64,000 nt of DNA from Chloroflexota bacterium (lineage in GTDB: Bacteria; Chloroflexota; Dehalococcoidia; SM23-28-2; RBG-16-64-32), in NCBI GenBank assembly GCA_022574655.1, contig JACZRQ010000002.1:5696-69695 (forward strand), read 5' to 3'. Both the position numbers and the translations under genes were made by a program. Under the pieces are notes generated by a model that saw only the letters and a program-made list of their open reading frames with translations, was not told where the DNA came from and ran no database searches. Positions 28,749-38,939 of the stretch are shown here, piece after piece (position 1 is the stretch's first letter; every line of letters starts with the position of its first letter).

Positions 28749-30524
28749 CTAGCGAGCAACGGTAACTTCGCCACTCTGTCCATCGACTGTTATCGTCTGT
28801 CCATTCCTTAGCTGAGCCAGCGCACCTTCGACCCCGATAACGGCGGGAACACCGAACTCTCGCGCCATTATCGCACCGTGAGAAAGTGCTCCGCCGATCT
28901 CAGTAACGACTGCGGAGATAATAGGGAATGCGACGGTCCATCCCGGATCGATTGCACTGGCGACGAGCACGTCACCCTGCCGTAACGTATCGACATCACT
29001 CAGCCGTTTGAGGACTCGCGCCGGCCCGGTGGCGATCCCGTGACTGGCAGGCGTCCCGCGCAGAACAAGCGGTCCGCTATCCTCCGCGATGTGCCCTACC
29101 GACACCTCCGGCTCTTGAGATGTTCCGCCAACGAACAAAGGTGGCAGCGATTGGTAGCCTCTGAAGGCAGTCTTTCGCGACCCCACCTTGGCTTGGCCCT
29201 CGGAGATCAACGAGTCGTCGTCTAGAATGTCGAACACCTCCGGCTCCGTGAGAAAGAACACATCCTCTCTGTCGGACAGCACGCCAGACCCCATCAAGTA
29301 GTCGCCGGCGGAAAGTAGCATGCGTCGGTACCTGGAGATGAGTGTATCCGCCACGAAGCGCTGATTCTCTCGACAGGCGGAGTACGCCAGATTGTAACGT
29401 AGAAGCGCGCGGAATATGCGACTCTTCAGCCAGCCGAATCGCTGAGTCTTGAGCGCCGATTCCACCTCCTCCGTCGCGTCACCTCGACGGCGAATCTGTG
29501 TCTCAAGCTCCAAGTCCGGTGAGCGCTCAGGCGGTAAGCTGCACATCGCCTTCAGAATTGCCAACACCGGCGTCGGGTCCTCAACCCAGGAAGGCGCACG
29601 ATATAATTCCTGACTCTCTCTGCGATCGCCGTATTTCGACAGGAACCTTTCGAGCGCCTTGCGGAAGCGCTCGGCCTCAGGCATCTCGCCGACGATCTCG
29701 GTAATCTGCTGCGGATCATGCTGTTCGAAGATGCTGGCGAGCGCAGCTTCTGAATTGATGAGCCGTGAGAGCTCCCACAGGGCCGAGGCAATTTGGACGC
29801 TGACGTTGTCCGGATTCCCAGACACCAAACGGGCAAACGTCTCTTTGTGTCCATCCGGGTACCAGTTTCTTAGAAGTGTAGCCCGAAGAGCGTCCAAGAG
29901 CGTATTGTAGTGAAATATCCAGCCTACGTAGCCGACTTCGTGACGGATCACCAGCTGACGCAACAGCTGTCTGTACCAGAGCAAGTCGTTCAGTGAGCCA
30001 TGATCAAGGTCGATGCCGTCGAGCTTCGATCGCACACGTGCCAAAATGTCCTGGCTTGTGCGTTGAAAGAAGCGGTGGTTTCGGAACAGGCTCTGGTCCC
30101 GGTGGAAGAGAAGGACCCGTAGCTCCCCCAACAGGCGACTCCACAGCTTGAACGGCAGCGAGGCAACCTCATCCCTTTGCGACGGTGGAAAGTGGTTGAG
30201 CAGCTCTTGATCCCTCAGAAAAGGCGGATCGTACTGTGCGCGGCGCCTCAGATACTCTGTGTTCATGTAGGCGCGACCGCGATGATACTTGAACATCGGG
30301 AGGGCCAGGAGATCCCGATACCCTTTCGCCTCGTCGACCGCGTGTTCGAGTGCCTCGCACCACCAGATCACGTAAGCGTAACCACCAGGCGTGAAGGTGC
30401 TGCGCAGGAAGTTGTCCGCCCAGTAGCGGCTCCACACAGTGTCACGCGGCGGGCGGAGAGGCCGGTATGAGATACCCTCCCGGCTTGGCTCGATAACGTC
30501 TTCGTCGATTACGTCGCTCGTCAC
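28749..30524 (-). CDS. PEP-utilizer family protein (substrate domain plus phosphohistidine swivel), lacking ATP-grasp domain
   Basis: C-terminal GTPASHG...GDVLV...DPGW...TEIGGALSHGAIMAREFGVPAV. The N-terminus aligns to residue ~320 of the 42065 paralog. Confidence 0.85.
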   Translation of the reverse strand: MTSDVIDEDVIEPSREGISYRPLRPPRDTVWSRYWADNFLRSTFTPGGYAYVIWWCEALEHAVDEAKGYRDLLALPMFKYHRGRAYMNTEYLRRRAQYDPPFLRDQELLNHFPPSQRDEVASLPFKLWSRLLGELRVLLFHRDQSLFRNHRFFQRTSQDILARVRSKLDGIDLDHGSLNDLLWYRQLLRQLVIRHEVGYVGWIFHYNTLLDALRATLLRNWYPDGHKETFARLVSGNPDNVSVQIASALWELSRLINSEAALASIFEQHDPQQITEIVGEMPEAERFRKALERFLSKYGDRRESQELYRAPSWVEDPTPVLAILKAMCSLPPERSPDLELETQIRRRGDATEEVESALKTQRFGWLKSRIFRALLRYNLAYSACRENQRFVADTLISRYRRMLLSAGDYLMGSGVLSDREDVFFLTEPEVFDILDDDSLISEGQAKVGSRKTAFRGYQSLPPLFVGGTSQEPEVSVGHIAEDSGPLVLRGTPASHGIATGPARVLKRLSDVDTLRQGDVLVASAIDPGWTVAFPIISAVVTEIGGALSHGAIMAREFGVPAVIGVEGALAQLRNGQTITVDGQSGEVTVAR

Positions 30525-30545
30525 TTCAGCTCGCTAGGGCGTCGA

Positions 30546-31508
30546 CTACCCTCCAGGGTGCGCTGGCCCGGATCCGCTTGACTGATGAGAATAGGCGGTC
30601 CCTGCAAAGTTGTCGACAATGCCGTAGGCCATCTCACCGTCAACATCCCATCGGTAGAGCGCCGTCGTGAAGTGTGCCTTGCCGTACGGCATCACGAGGG
30701 TGGGAGCGACAGCGCGGCCCCAGCACTTCTGTTGGCCCGCTGGAGAGTCGAGTGTGTAGGACAGCATGGTCGGGATCGGCGGTGGGTCGAACACCGGACG
30801 ATAGTCCGCCAAGGCGAACTTGACACGAGTGTCTTTATCAGGATCCATATGACTCAGGACTAAGCCACCATCTCCGGCCTGTCCGTCCCGGCTGTCCTTC
30901 CAGACGTAGAGGATATTCTCGTTCGGCAGGAAGATGCCGCCGGTGACCAGCCAATCCCAACCGCGCTCCCATTGGCGAATCCCCCACGAGTGATCCCTGA
31001 ACGTGATCCCGCCGAGCTCGAATGACTCGTCGCCCCATTTGACCTTCGCCTCGTAGCGACCGAACTGCTCGTAGTGCTGACTGGTCCAACCCTTGAGGGG
31101 GTTGGGGTTATCGGTTGCGAAGTCGAATACCGGCGTTTTCCCTTCCCAGTTGATCTCGACGGACAGGTCCGCGTCCGCGTCCTTCAGGGTCGCTCGCACC
31201 TTCTTCAACGGTTCGATAACCTCGTAGTGAACCGGCCCCACCGTCAGGTCGCTTAGATCACCCTCAGGCATCTTGTGATGGCGGTAGAAGTAGTTATATG
31301 ATTCGGCACCTTCGCGCCATAGCGTAGCGCAGCAGGTCGCCCTTCCTTGATTCGGCTCCAACCCAATGCGGAAAACACCGCCTACACCCTTGTTGTCGTC
31401 GGTGAAGCTTATGTAGATGCTCTCCTGCCACGCGTTGTCCGGGTGCTCGCCGTCGTTCGCGTGCTCCTCAGTAAACTGTAGCGAAACCTCTTGGTTCTCA
31501 GAGATCAA
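30546..31508 (-). CDS. Hypothetical beta-barrel protein (RDHSWG motif), paralog 2
   Basis: QESIYISF, HYEQFG, RDHSWGIRQW. Colinear with 27727-28707. AAGGAGG RBS before TTG 31508. Confidence 0.7.
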   Translation of the reverse strand: MISENQEVSLQFTEEHANDGEHPDNAWQESIYISFTDDNKGVGGVFRIGLEPNQGRATCCATLWREGAESYNYFYRHHKMPEGDLSDLTVGPVHYEVIEPLKKVRATLKDADADLSVEINWEGKTPVFDFATDNPNPLKGWTSQHYEQFGRYEAKVKWGDESFELGGITFRDHSWGIRQWERGWDWLVTGGIFLPNENILYVWKDSRDGQAGDGGLVLSHMDPDKDTRVKFALADYRPVFDPPPIPTMLSYTLDSPAGQQKCWGRAVAPTLVMPYGKAHFTTALYRWDVDGEMAYGIVDNFAGTAYSHQSSGSGPAHPGG

Positions 31509-31827
31509 TGCGCTGTTCCTCCTTCGCAAGAACGTATGGTGCGGTAAAGGTTGATCCGATCATCTGAATCCGCCCAAGTCAACGGATGTCGCTCGTGACT
31601 CTACCGACCGCTCGATCTGCATGTAGAATGTAATCATCGCAACAGCAACTTTGTCAACGTCTGCATCTTCGCATCAAGCAATCTCAAATCACGTCTGACT
31701 AGCGCTTCGTCTCGAACCGTGTCCAGATCGATGTGATTCGAACCTGAGCGGTGAGAACCCCAAGTTCGAATGAAGCGGCCTATCGGCGCGCCGCTGCGGA
31801 GTGACAAGCAACGTGCGGCGAACTCGG

Positions 31828-32625
31828 TTAACTACCTTTGAACTGAGGTTTTCGCTTCTCGAGGAATGCCGTGGCCGCTTCCTTGAGATCGTCGCTGTCA
31901 AGTGTAATTGATTCGAGGATTGCAGACGTATCGACTGCAAGGTTGACATGGTCACGTAACAGTTTGTTCAGACAGAACTTCGTCCAGCGAATGGCGAGGG
32001 GCGACCCAGACGCCAGTTCGCGCGCGAGTTCCATCGCCTTAGGCAGAGCCTCAGCGGCAGGTACGGCATAGTTCACCATACCCATCTCAGCAGCTTGCTT
32101 GCCCGTAATCCATCGACCCAGAAGGAGATACTCTTTCGCGCGGGCCATTCCCACCAGCCAGGGCCAGATGACGACACCGCCGTCACCGGCCACCAACCCC
32201 ATGAGTACGTGGGCGTCGCTGATACGGGCATCTTCGGCGGCCACGATGATGTCGCTAAACAGAGCAAGCGTGGCACCCAGCCCGGCTGCATCACCGTTCA
32301 CCGCCGCAACGATCGGCTGTTCCACCTCGAGCATATAGAGGAGCAGCCGTCGAACCTCAGCCAGCGGCACCTCCTGCGCTCTGTCGCGCCAGGTTCCGGC
32401 CTGAAGCACTTTCGCGTCCCCGCCGGCTGAGAAGCCAGTCCCGGCACCGGTCAACACGATGCATCGGACATCCCGATCCTTGCTTATCTCTGAGAATAGC
32501 GACTCCAACTCCTTGTGCATCTCTGGATTGATCGCGTTCCGCCGTTCGGGGCGGTTCAACGTCACCGTGGCGATGCCGTCTTCATCCTTCTCGACGACTA
32601 TGAACTCGTATTGGCCGTAATCCAT
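31828..32625 (-). CDS. Enoyl-CoA hydratase/isomerase
   Basis: LNRPERRNA, FSAGGD, AVNGDAAGLG and GLVAGDGG motifs. Confidence 0.92.
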   Translation of the reverse strand: MDYGQYEFIVVEKDEDGIATVTLNRPERRNAINPEMHKELESLFSEISKDRDVRCIVLTGAGTGFSAGGDAKVLQAGTWRDRAQEVPLAEVRRLLLYMLEVEQPIVAAVNGDAAGLGATLALFSDIIVAAEDARISDAHVLMGLVAGDGGVVIWPWLVGMARAKEYLLLGRWITGKQAAEMGMVNYAVPAAEALPKAMELARELASGSPLAIRWTKFCLNKLLRDHVNLAVDTSAILESITLDSDDLKEAATAFLEKRKPQFKGS

Positions 32626-32665
32626 GCCTTATTCCTCTCGTGGGCGTCGGATCGCTAGCGCAGGT

Positions 32666-33853
32666 TCAATTTGGATTCGAGCTGATGTCCAATGACCCGA
32701 GGGCTCCGGCCGCCGATGCCTTACCTATCGCCAACTGAAGGATCTCAGCAGCACCCCCGCCGAGAACGACCGCCATGTTGTCCCGATAGAATCTCTCGAC
32801 GCCAACCTCAACCGTGTAACCCCAGCCGCCGTGAATGTGCATAGCGTGCTCTGTGACGTACTGAGCCATAGTTGTCGCGAACAGCTTCGCCATCGCAGCC
32901 TCCGAAGTACAGCGCTGCCCAGCGACTTCGAGCGATGTGGCGTAGTACCCTAGCAGCTTCGATGCCGTGATCTTCGTCGCCATCTCAGCGAGCATAATCT
33001 GAACCGCTTGGAAGTCACCGATGGGTTGGCCAAAGGCCTCTCTCTGCCGCGAGTAGGCCTGGGCTCGCTCGTAGGCACCCCTGGCGATTCCGGTGGATAG
33101 AGCGCAACAAAGAATCCTGTCAACATCGATCGAGGCGAGCGCCATCTTCAGCCCGTCACCTTCCTTCCCGAGCAACGCGCCCTTGGGGATGTGCACGTCG
33201 TCAAACGTTACCTCGTTCTGGTACGAGGACTTCATGCCGCTCATCTCGATCGGGTCTGATACCGAGATGCCAGGCGTGTCCTTCTCGACGAGGAAGGCCG
33301 AGTACTTCCTGTCTCCGTCACCGTTGCTCATCCCGGCGAGAACCATGCCAACGCTAGGAAGAGGGGCGCCGAAGTTCGTGATCAACGTCTTCCGACCGTT
33401 GAGGACGTAGTCGTCGCCGTCGACGGCTGCGGTCGTTTTCACGCCCCGAACGTCGGAACCGGCATCAGGTTCGGTCATGACAATTGCGCCGATAACCTCT
33501 CCGCGAGTAAAGCGGGGAAGATACTCCTTGCGCTGGTCGTCCGTACCCATCCGGTAGATAACCTTGTAGCCGATGACTCCCGAGTGGACCATGCAGTCCA
33601 TCGCGAAACCAGGGAGTGCAGTCGCAAGCTCCTCCGCGATGATGAAGTCGGCGAGCAGGTCGAGGCCACCGCCGCCGTATTCGGTCGGTATAGCGGCTCC
33701 CAGCCAGCCCAACTTTGTAACGGCCCGGAAGAGATCCAGAGGGAACTCGCCGTTGCGCTCGATCTCTTGGGCGTGCGGGGCGACTTCTCTTCGGGCGAAG
33801 TCCCTGACCGACCGCTGCAGTAGCCTGTGCTCCTCGCTCAGATTGAATTCCAT
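32666..33853 (-). CDS. Acyl-CoA dehydrogenase
   Basis: MTEPDAGSD, LNGRKTLITN, FGQPIGDFQ and HIHGGWGY motifs. Confidence 0.93.
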   Translation of the reverse strand: MEFNLSEEHRLLQRSVRDFARREVAPHAQEIERNGEFPLDLFRAVTKLGWLGAAIPTEYGGGGLDLLADFIIAEELATALPGFAMDCMVHSGVIGYKVIYRMGTDDQRKEYLPRFTRGEVIGAIVMTEPDAGSDVRGVKTTAAVDGDDYVLNGRKTLITNFGAPLPSVGMVLAGMSNGDGDRKYSAFLVEKDTPGISVSDPIEMSGMKSSYQNEVTFDDVHIPKGALLGKEGDGLKMALASIDVDRILCCALSTGIARGAYERAQAYSRQREAFGQPIGDFQAVQIMLAEMATKITASKLLGYYATSLEVAGQRCTSEAAMAKLFATTMAQYVTEHAMHIHGGWGYTVEVGVERFYRDNMAVVLGGGAAEILQLAIGKASAAGALGSLDISSNPN

Positions 33854-34067
33854 GACTTCACTTCCACTGCCTACTCAACGACATCTCTTGCGCCGCAGTC
33901 GTTGCTTGCCGGGCGAGCAACATTCGTGTAAATTACTGCTGACCGACCGTTCGGACGATATCAGTACACCAGTCGCCGTTAGCGCTGTCAAGAATCACCG
34001 ACTCGTCGATGAGCCGTGGCCCCAAGCGATGCGCCCAATCGGCGTTGCCCGAAGGAGGCGGGTGCCC

Positions 34068-35255
34068 ATGGATAAGAGTCATCGAGGGGAAGTGGCGATC
34101 GTCGGCATCGGCGAGGTACCGTCCGGGGTTTACCCGGACCGCCCGTGTCTGCAGAGCGCCCTAGAATCGGCGCGGGACGCGATCAAGGACTCGGGACTAC
34201 CCCACGACGAGATCGACGTGGTGATACCAGCGGGAACATTCTACGACCCCTGGTACAACACGAACATGATCTTCTCTCAGCTCGTAGAAGAATTGGGGCT
34301 GACCGGCAAAGCGAAGATGAACCTGCAGGTTGTGGCGGGCGGGGCCAGCAGCAGCGCCATGATGGAGACGGCCGCGGGCCTAGTCGTTACTGGCAAGGCC
34401 CGGGCCGTGTTGTGTGTTCACGCGGAGAAGTGGGGCTCGATGCCCAACCAAGAGATGTACGACAAGCTGGCGACGTTCGGGATCTCCCCGGAGTGGGAGG
34501 CTCCATACGGTCTGAACATGAACGCCGTGGCGGCGCTGATCACCCAACGCTACGCATTCGAAACCGGCACAACGACCGAGCAGCTGGCCTCCGTTTGCGT
34601 GGCTCTGAGAAAGTGGGCGGAGCTTAACCCGAACGCCATGTACCAGAAGCCTTTGACACTTGAGGACGTGCTCCGTTCCAAGCTCGTGACTAGCCCGCTC
34701 CACGCCTTCGAGTGCAACAGACTTGCAGACGGAGGATCGGCTTTCGTTGTCACCAGTGCCGAAAGGGCGAAGTCACTCGATACAGTTCCTGTGTATCTCT
34801 TAGGCTCGGGGTCAGTGGTCACCCACTACGCGATCTCTCAGGAAACGGACATGAGCCGCTTCGGCTATACCCAGGCGGCCGACGAAGCTTTCGAGGCGGC
34901 CGGCCTGGGCCCGGAGGATATCGACATCGCGGAGATCTACGACTCCTACCCGGTGTTTAACCTCATCGCCTTGGAGCAGATAGGATTCTGCAAGCGCGGG
35001 GAGGCCGGACAGTTCGTGATGGAAGGGCACACTTGGCCCGGCGGATCTTTACCCATGACGACGAACGGCGGCATGCTCTCCCAGGGCCACACGGGCACCG
35101 GGGGTGGGATCGCAGTGCTCGTTGAAGCGGCCCGACAATTGATGGGCAAGGGCGGAAAGCGTCAGGTTGAAGGAGCCCGCTTTTGCGTGGAGACAGCGAC
35201 GGGCGGCACCTATATGGATGCGCATGTCAGCGTGTTCGGACGGGAGGTTCCATGA
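34068..35255 (+). CDS. Thiolase family protein (SCP2/lipid-transfer type, non-canonical)
   Basis: VAIVGIGE, LADGGSAFV, DIAEIYDSY and TNGGMLSQGH. GGASS replaces the catalytic-Cys motif. AAGGAGG RBS. Confidence 0.9.
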   Translation: MDKSHRGEVAIVGIGEVPSGVYPDRPCLQSALESARDAIKDSGLPHDEIDVVIPAGTFYDPWYNTNMIFSQLVEELGLTGKAKMNLQVVAGGASSSAMMETAAGLVVTGKARAVLCVHAEKWGSMPNQEMYDKLATFGISPEWEAPYGLNMNAVAALITQRYAFETGTTTEQLASVCVALRKWAELNPNAMYQKPLTLEDVLRSKLVTSPLHAFECNRLADGGSAFVVTSAERAKSLDTVPVYLLGSGSVVTHYAISQETDMSRFGYTQAADEAFEAAGLGPEDIDIAEIYDSYPVFNLIALEQIGFCKRGEAGQFVMEGHTWPGGSLPMTTNGGMLSQGHTGTGGGIAVLVEAARQLMGKGGKRQVEGARFCVETATGGTYMDAHVSVFGREVP

Positions 35256-35665
35256 GCGGCTACAAAAAGCCCCTTCCGGAGGTTACTCCGTGGAGCCAGC
35301 CGTTCTGGTCCGCCGCGAAGGAGCATCGCCTTGTCTTTCAACACTGCCCGAGCTGCGAGCTGAACATTCTCTATCCAAAGTTGTTTTGCCCGAACTGCTA
35401 CAGTTCCGATCTGCAGTGGATGGACGCCAGCGGCCGAGGCGAGGTCTACACGTTCAGCGTCATCCACCTGCACCCACCTTCGCCCTTCCGGGATTCTCTG
35501 CCATATGTTGTTGCGATTGTGCAACTTGACGAAGGCGTCCAGTTGATGACGAATATCGTTCGCTGCGCCCCGGAGGACGTGAAGTGCGGGATGAGCGTGG
35601 TTGCCGAATTCGACGATGTCACTGACGACTTCACTCTCGTGAATTTCCGACCGGCGGCCATGTGA
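35252..35665 (+). CDS. DUF35 Zn-ribbon/OB-fold protein (thiolase partner)
   Basis: PFW, CPSC..YPK..CPNC, SGRGEVYTFSV and LDEG motifs. ATGA overlap with the thiolase. Confidence 0.92.
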   Translation: MSGYKKPLPEVTPWSQPFWSAAKEHRLVFQHCPSCELNILYPKLFCPNCYSSDLQWMDASGRGEVYTFSVIHLHPPSPFRDSLPYVVAIVQLDEGVQLMTNIVRCAPEDVKCGMSVVAEFDDVTDDFTLVNFRPAAM

Positions 35666-35693
35666 GCGGATGAGCGACCGCAGAGGCGCGACA

Positions 35694-36152
35694 ATGACTT
35701 GGCGAAGTTGGGACGACATAGAGATCGGTCAGACTATACGGAGTCAGGAAGTCACAGTTACTGAGACTCATCTGGTGAACTGGGCTAGCTTAACCGGCGA
35801 CTGGTTCGAACTGCACATGAGCGAGGAGTACGCCAGGTCCACGATCTTCAATCAGCGTGTAGTGCACGGGCCCCTCACATTCGGTCTCTCCATCGGTCTC
35901 GCTTACCAGACCGGCTACGTCAACAAGGACTGGGTCATCGCCTGGCTTGGCGCCAACGACATGAAGCTTCCGAAGCCGGTCTTCATCGGCGATACTGTAC
36001 ATCTCGACCTGTCGGTTGTCAGCAAACGCGAAACCAGCAACCCTGACCGAGGGATTGCGGTGCTGAAGTACGACATCAAAAATCAGAACGACGATACAGT
36101 TCTCGAGTTCGAGTCAACGTTCATGGCTCGACGAGCGAGCGGCGGTCCGTAA
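35694..36152 (+). CDS. MaoC-family (hot-dog) dehydratase
   Basis: FASLTGD-like WASLTGDWFELH, VVHG and PVFIGDT motifs. Confidence 0.9.
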   Translation: MTWRSWDDIEIGQTIRSQEVTVTETHLVNWASLTGDWFELHMSEEYARSTIFNQRVVHGPLTFGLSIGLAYQTGYVNKDWVIAWLGANDMKLPKPVFIGDTVHLDLSVVSKRETSNPDRGIAVLKYDIKNQNDDTVLEFESTFMARRASGGP

Positions 36153-36164
36153 GAGTAACGTAGA

Positions 36165-37037
36165 TCAGGGCGACACCGCCAACGTGATCGCTCCCGCCAC
36201 GATGAGGACGGCACTCATAATCCGGACCGGCCCGTAGCCCTCCTTGAGGACCCAAACACCGAGTGATGCGCCGAACACGATTCCGATTTCGCGTGCGGGA
36301 GCGATATAGCTGATTCGACCAGTCGTCAGTGCGATAAGCACTAGCAGATAAGCGAGCGCAGCGAGACAGCCCGCCGCAAGTACACTCCAACGACGTTCAC
36401 GCCATTCCATCCGAACGGACGATGCTCCGTCTCTGAGAACGATGGGAGCGGCGAGGAAGAGTGGTCCAGTCGCGGAAACGAAACTAAGCGTGATAGGTGA
36501 GAGGTGATCGAGGGCACTCTTATCCCAGAGAGAATAACCGGCGATCAGCGCGCCGGTGAGAACGGCGAAACGAGTATCGGGTCGGTTCAGGGAGCGAAGC
36601 GGCTCTACGAGATCTCTCAGCGTACGCCCCTGAACGTTTAGGACGTAAACGCCGATCACCACCAGGGCGATCCCGAACGTCGCTTGCGGCGAAGGTCGTT
36701 CTGCCAGAATCACGACGGCCCCAAGTGGTATGAGGGCAGAACTTAAACCTCGTGACACTGGATAGACTAAAGATAAGTCACCGTGGTGGTATCCCCGCGC
36801 TAGGGCGAGACTATATGCAGAGTGGAGTAGAGCGCTACCCACCCCGAAGCCGATAGCTCGAATGCCTATCCCATCCAGGTAGATGATCACGATGACCGGG
36901 ACTATGAATGCCGCAACTGCGACGGCAACGAGCAGCCAGAGGAACGCCACCTTGTCGTCGCTCCTTTTAAGCAGAAGATTCCACGTCGCGTGACAGCACG
37001 CCGATACGACGACGAGGAGGAATACTGTCGAGGTCAT
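36165..37037 (-). CDS. EamA/DMT family transporter
   Basis: About ten TM segments, HATWNLLLK and GDLSLVYPVSRG. Confidence 0.9.
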   Translation of the reverse strand: MTSTVFLLVVVSACCHATWNLLLKRSDDKVAFLWLLVAVAVAAFIVPVIVIIYLDGIGIRAIGFGVGSALLHSAYSLALARGYHHGDLSLVYPVSRGLSSALIPLGAVVILAERPSPQATFGIALVVIGVYVLNVQGRTLRDLVEPLRSLNRPDTRFAVLTGALIAGYSLWDKSALDHLSPITLSFVSATGPLFLAAPIVLRDGASSVRMEWRERRWSVLAAGCLAALAYLLVLIALTTGRISYIAPAREIGIVFGASLGVWVLKEGYGPVRIMSAVLIVAGAITLAVSP

Positions 37038-37218
37038 AGAGTGGCGCCATTGTATGACGGGGCGTTGCGTTCGGCATGACATCACCAGTTCAGGTAGCCG
37101 CTACCTTCTGCTTGCGACGCCTCAAGATGACTAGTAAGCTGGGGAGGCTCAACGCTGCCGTACGCGGTCTCTCTCCCTTGAGGTGGCGACGGTTGCGTCT
37201 CGCAAGGAGGCGAACGCG

Positions 37219-38025
37219 ATGGCCAGTGTCTTGTATGAGAAGAAGGGTGAGCTGCTCTACGTCACGCTCAACAGGCCCGACGTCCACAACGCATGGGACC
37301 CAGAGACTGTCGTGCGTCTGGCCGACGCCTGGAGAGACTTCGCGGCCGATGACTCCCTTCGAGTCGCGATAATCACGGGCGCCGGCGATCGATCGTTTAG
37401 CTCCGGCGCCGATCTCAAACGGTTGATCCCCCTTCTTTACCGGTCGAGAGAGCCAGAGGACGAGTGGGACAACAAGGTCCTCCAGAATTCAGATATCGCC
37501 AGAACGGCTCTGCTCAGAGGATACGAGCTACACAAACCGATCATCGCGGCTATCAACGGATTCTGCCTAGCCGGAGGGATGGAGCTAATCCAAGCGACCG
37601 ACATACGGATCGCCGCAGAGCATGCGACGTTCGGCCTCACGGAGGTCAAACGCGCCATCATCCCGGCCGGCGGATCGCTCGTGAGGCTCGCCCGACAGAT
37701 CCCGTACTGCCACGCCATGGAGATCTTGCTGACGGGCGAATCCATTAGCGCCGAGGACGCTCAGGGCATTGGGCTCATCAATCGAGTTGTGCCCGCAGAC
37801 GAGCTTATGAGCACTGCCGAGGGAGTTGCGGCTAAGATCGCAGAGAACGGGCCGTTGGCCGTCCGCAAGATCAAGGAGACAGTCTTGAAGACTATAGGCC
37901 TGCCCCTCGCGGAAGCGTTCGCCGTTGAGGATGACGCCGTGCGCAGCATCCGGGACTCGGAGGATGCGGTCGAGGGTCCGCTAGCGTTCGCTGAGAAGCG
38001 GAAGCCGCGCTACGTCGGAAAGTAG
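37219..38025 (+). CDS. Enoyl-CoA hydratase (crotonase)
   Basis: LNRPDVHNA, FSSGADL, GFCLAGGME and FGLTE. AAGGAGG RBS. Confidence 0.92.
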   Translation: MASVLYEKKGELLYVTLNRPDVHNAWDPETVVRLADAWRDFAADDSLRVAIITGAGDRSFSSGADLKRLIPLLYRSREPEDEWDNKVLQNSDIARTALLRGYELHKPIIAAINGFCLAGGMELIQATDIRIAAEHATFGLTEVKRAIIPAGGSLVRLARQIPYCHAMEILLTGESISAEDAQGIGLINRVVPADELMSTAEGVAAKIAENGPLAVRKIKETVLKTIGLPLAEAFAVEDDAVRSIRDSEDAVEGPLAFAEKRKPRYVGK

Positions 38026-38065
38026 TGCGCGACGGTCCCGCCTATCTCGATTGATGGAGGATGCC

Positions 38066-38806
38066 ATGAAACTCAAAGACAAGGTTGCCGTCATCACCGG
38101 CGGCAGCAGCGGCATCGGGCTCGCGATCGCCGAAGAGTTTATCGCTGAGGGGGCGAATGTGGTCATCTGCGGGCGGAATCAGGCTGCGCTGGATGAAGCC
38201 TCAGGGGGACTCGGAGAGAAGGCGCTGGCCGTTCGGGCGGATGTAAGCGTAATGACCGACCTAGATCGCCTGTTCGACGAGACCGCTTCGCGTTTCGGTA
38301 ACATAGACGTCGTCGTCGTCAACGCCGGGGTCGCCATCGCTACATCGCTCGAGGAAACGGACGAAAAGATCTTCGACGAGCAGTCGGACATCAACTTCAA
38401 GGGAGCCTATTTCACGGTGCAGAAGGCCAGCCCGCACCTGAACGACGGAGCTTCGATCATCTTCATAAGCTCAACGGCGAACCAGATGGGCCTCCCTAAC
38501 ACCTCAGCCTACAGCGCAACCAAGGCTGCACTTCGCTCTCTCTCCAGAACCCTGTCGACGGAGCTGCTCCCGAGAGGCATTCGGGTGAACACGCTCAGCC
38601 CCGGGAATATCGTCACGCCCATCCTGCGTAAGATGGGCGTCGAGGACATCGACGCGTTCCTCAAGGAACGCGAATCCCAGGTGCCCTCGGGTAGGTTCGG
38701 AACGGCAAAGGAAGTAGCAACAGCCGCCGTCTTCCTGGCGACCTCAGACTCGTCATACGTCGTGGGCTCAGAGGTAGTCGCCGACGGCGGTTGGTCGCAG
38801 CTGTGA
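38066..38806 (+). CDS. SDR oxidoreductase
   Basis: TGGSSGIG, NAG and YSATK motifs. Confidence 0.92.
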   Translation: MKLKDKVAVITGGSSGIGLAIAEEFIAEGANVVICGRNQAALDEASGGLGEKALAVRADVSVMTDLDRLFDETASRFGNIDVVVVNAGVAIATSLEETDEKIFDEQSDINFKGAYFTVQKASPHLNDGASIIFISSTANQMGLPNTSAYSATKAALRSLSRTLSTELLPRGIRVNTLSPGNIVTPILRKMGVEDIDAFLKERESQVPSGRFGTAKEVATAAVFLATSDSSYVVGSEVVADGGWSQL

Positions 38807-38939
38807 CAGAGACGTGCTGGCGCGGATTCAGCAAGGGTGACCAGTCCTACTAAGGAGCGGGTTCATAGCCTGTCCCGCCCTTCGAGTTAAGCTGGTCTAA
38901 CCACCCGGGTTCTTTACTGGGAACAGGAGACTTACCCCA

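Noticed and set aside
33573-34067. 165-aa N-terminal extension on the thiolase (ORF track start 33573)
   Set aside because: It overlaps the ACAD antisense and the divergent promoter region. A strong AAGGAGG RBS supports ATG 34068.
15223-38025. Assigning the region to cholesterol/steroid (KstR2) catabolism
   Set aside because: No kstD, kshA, hsa or ipdAB genes are seen, and I found no KstR2 box (AnCAAGnnCTTGnT) in the promoters read. The substrate remains unknown.
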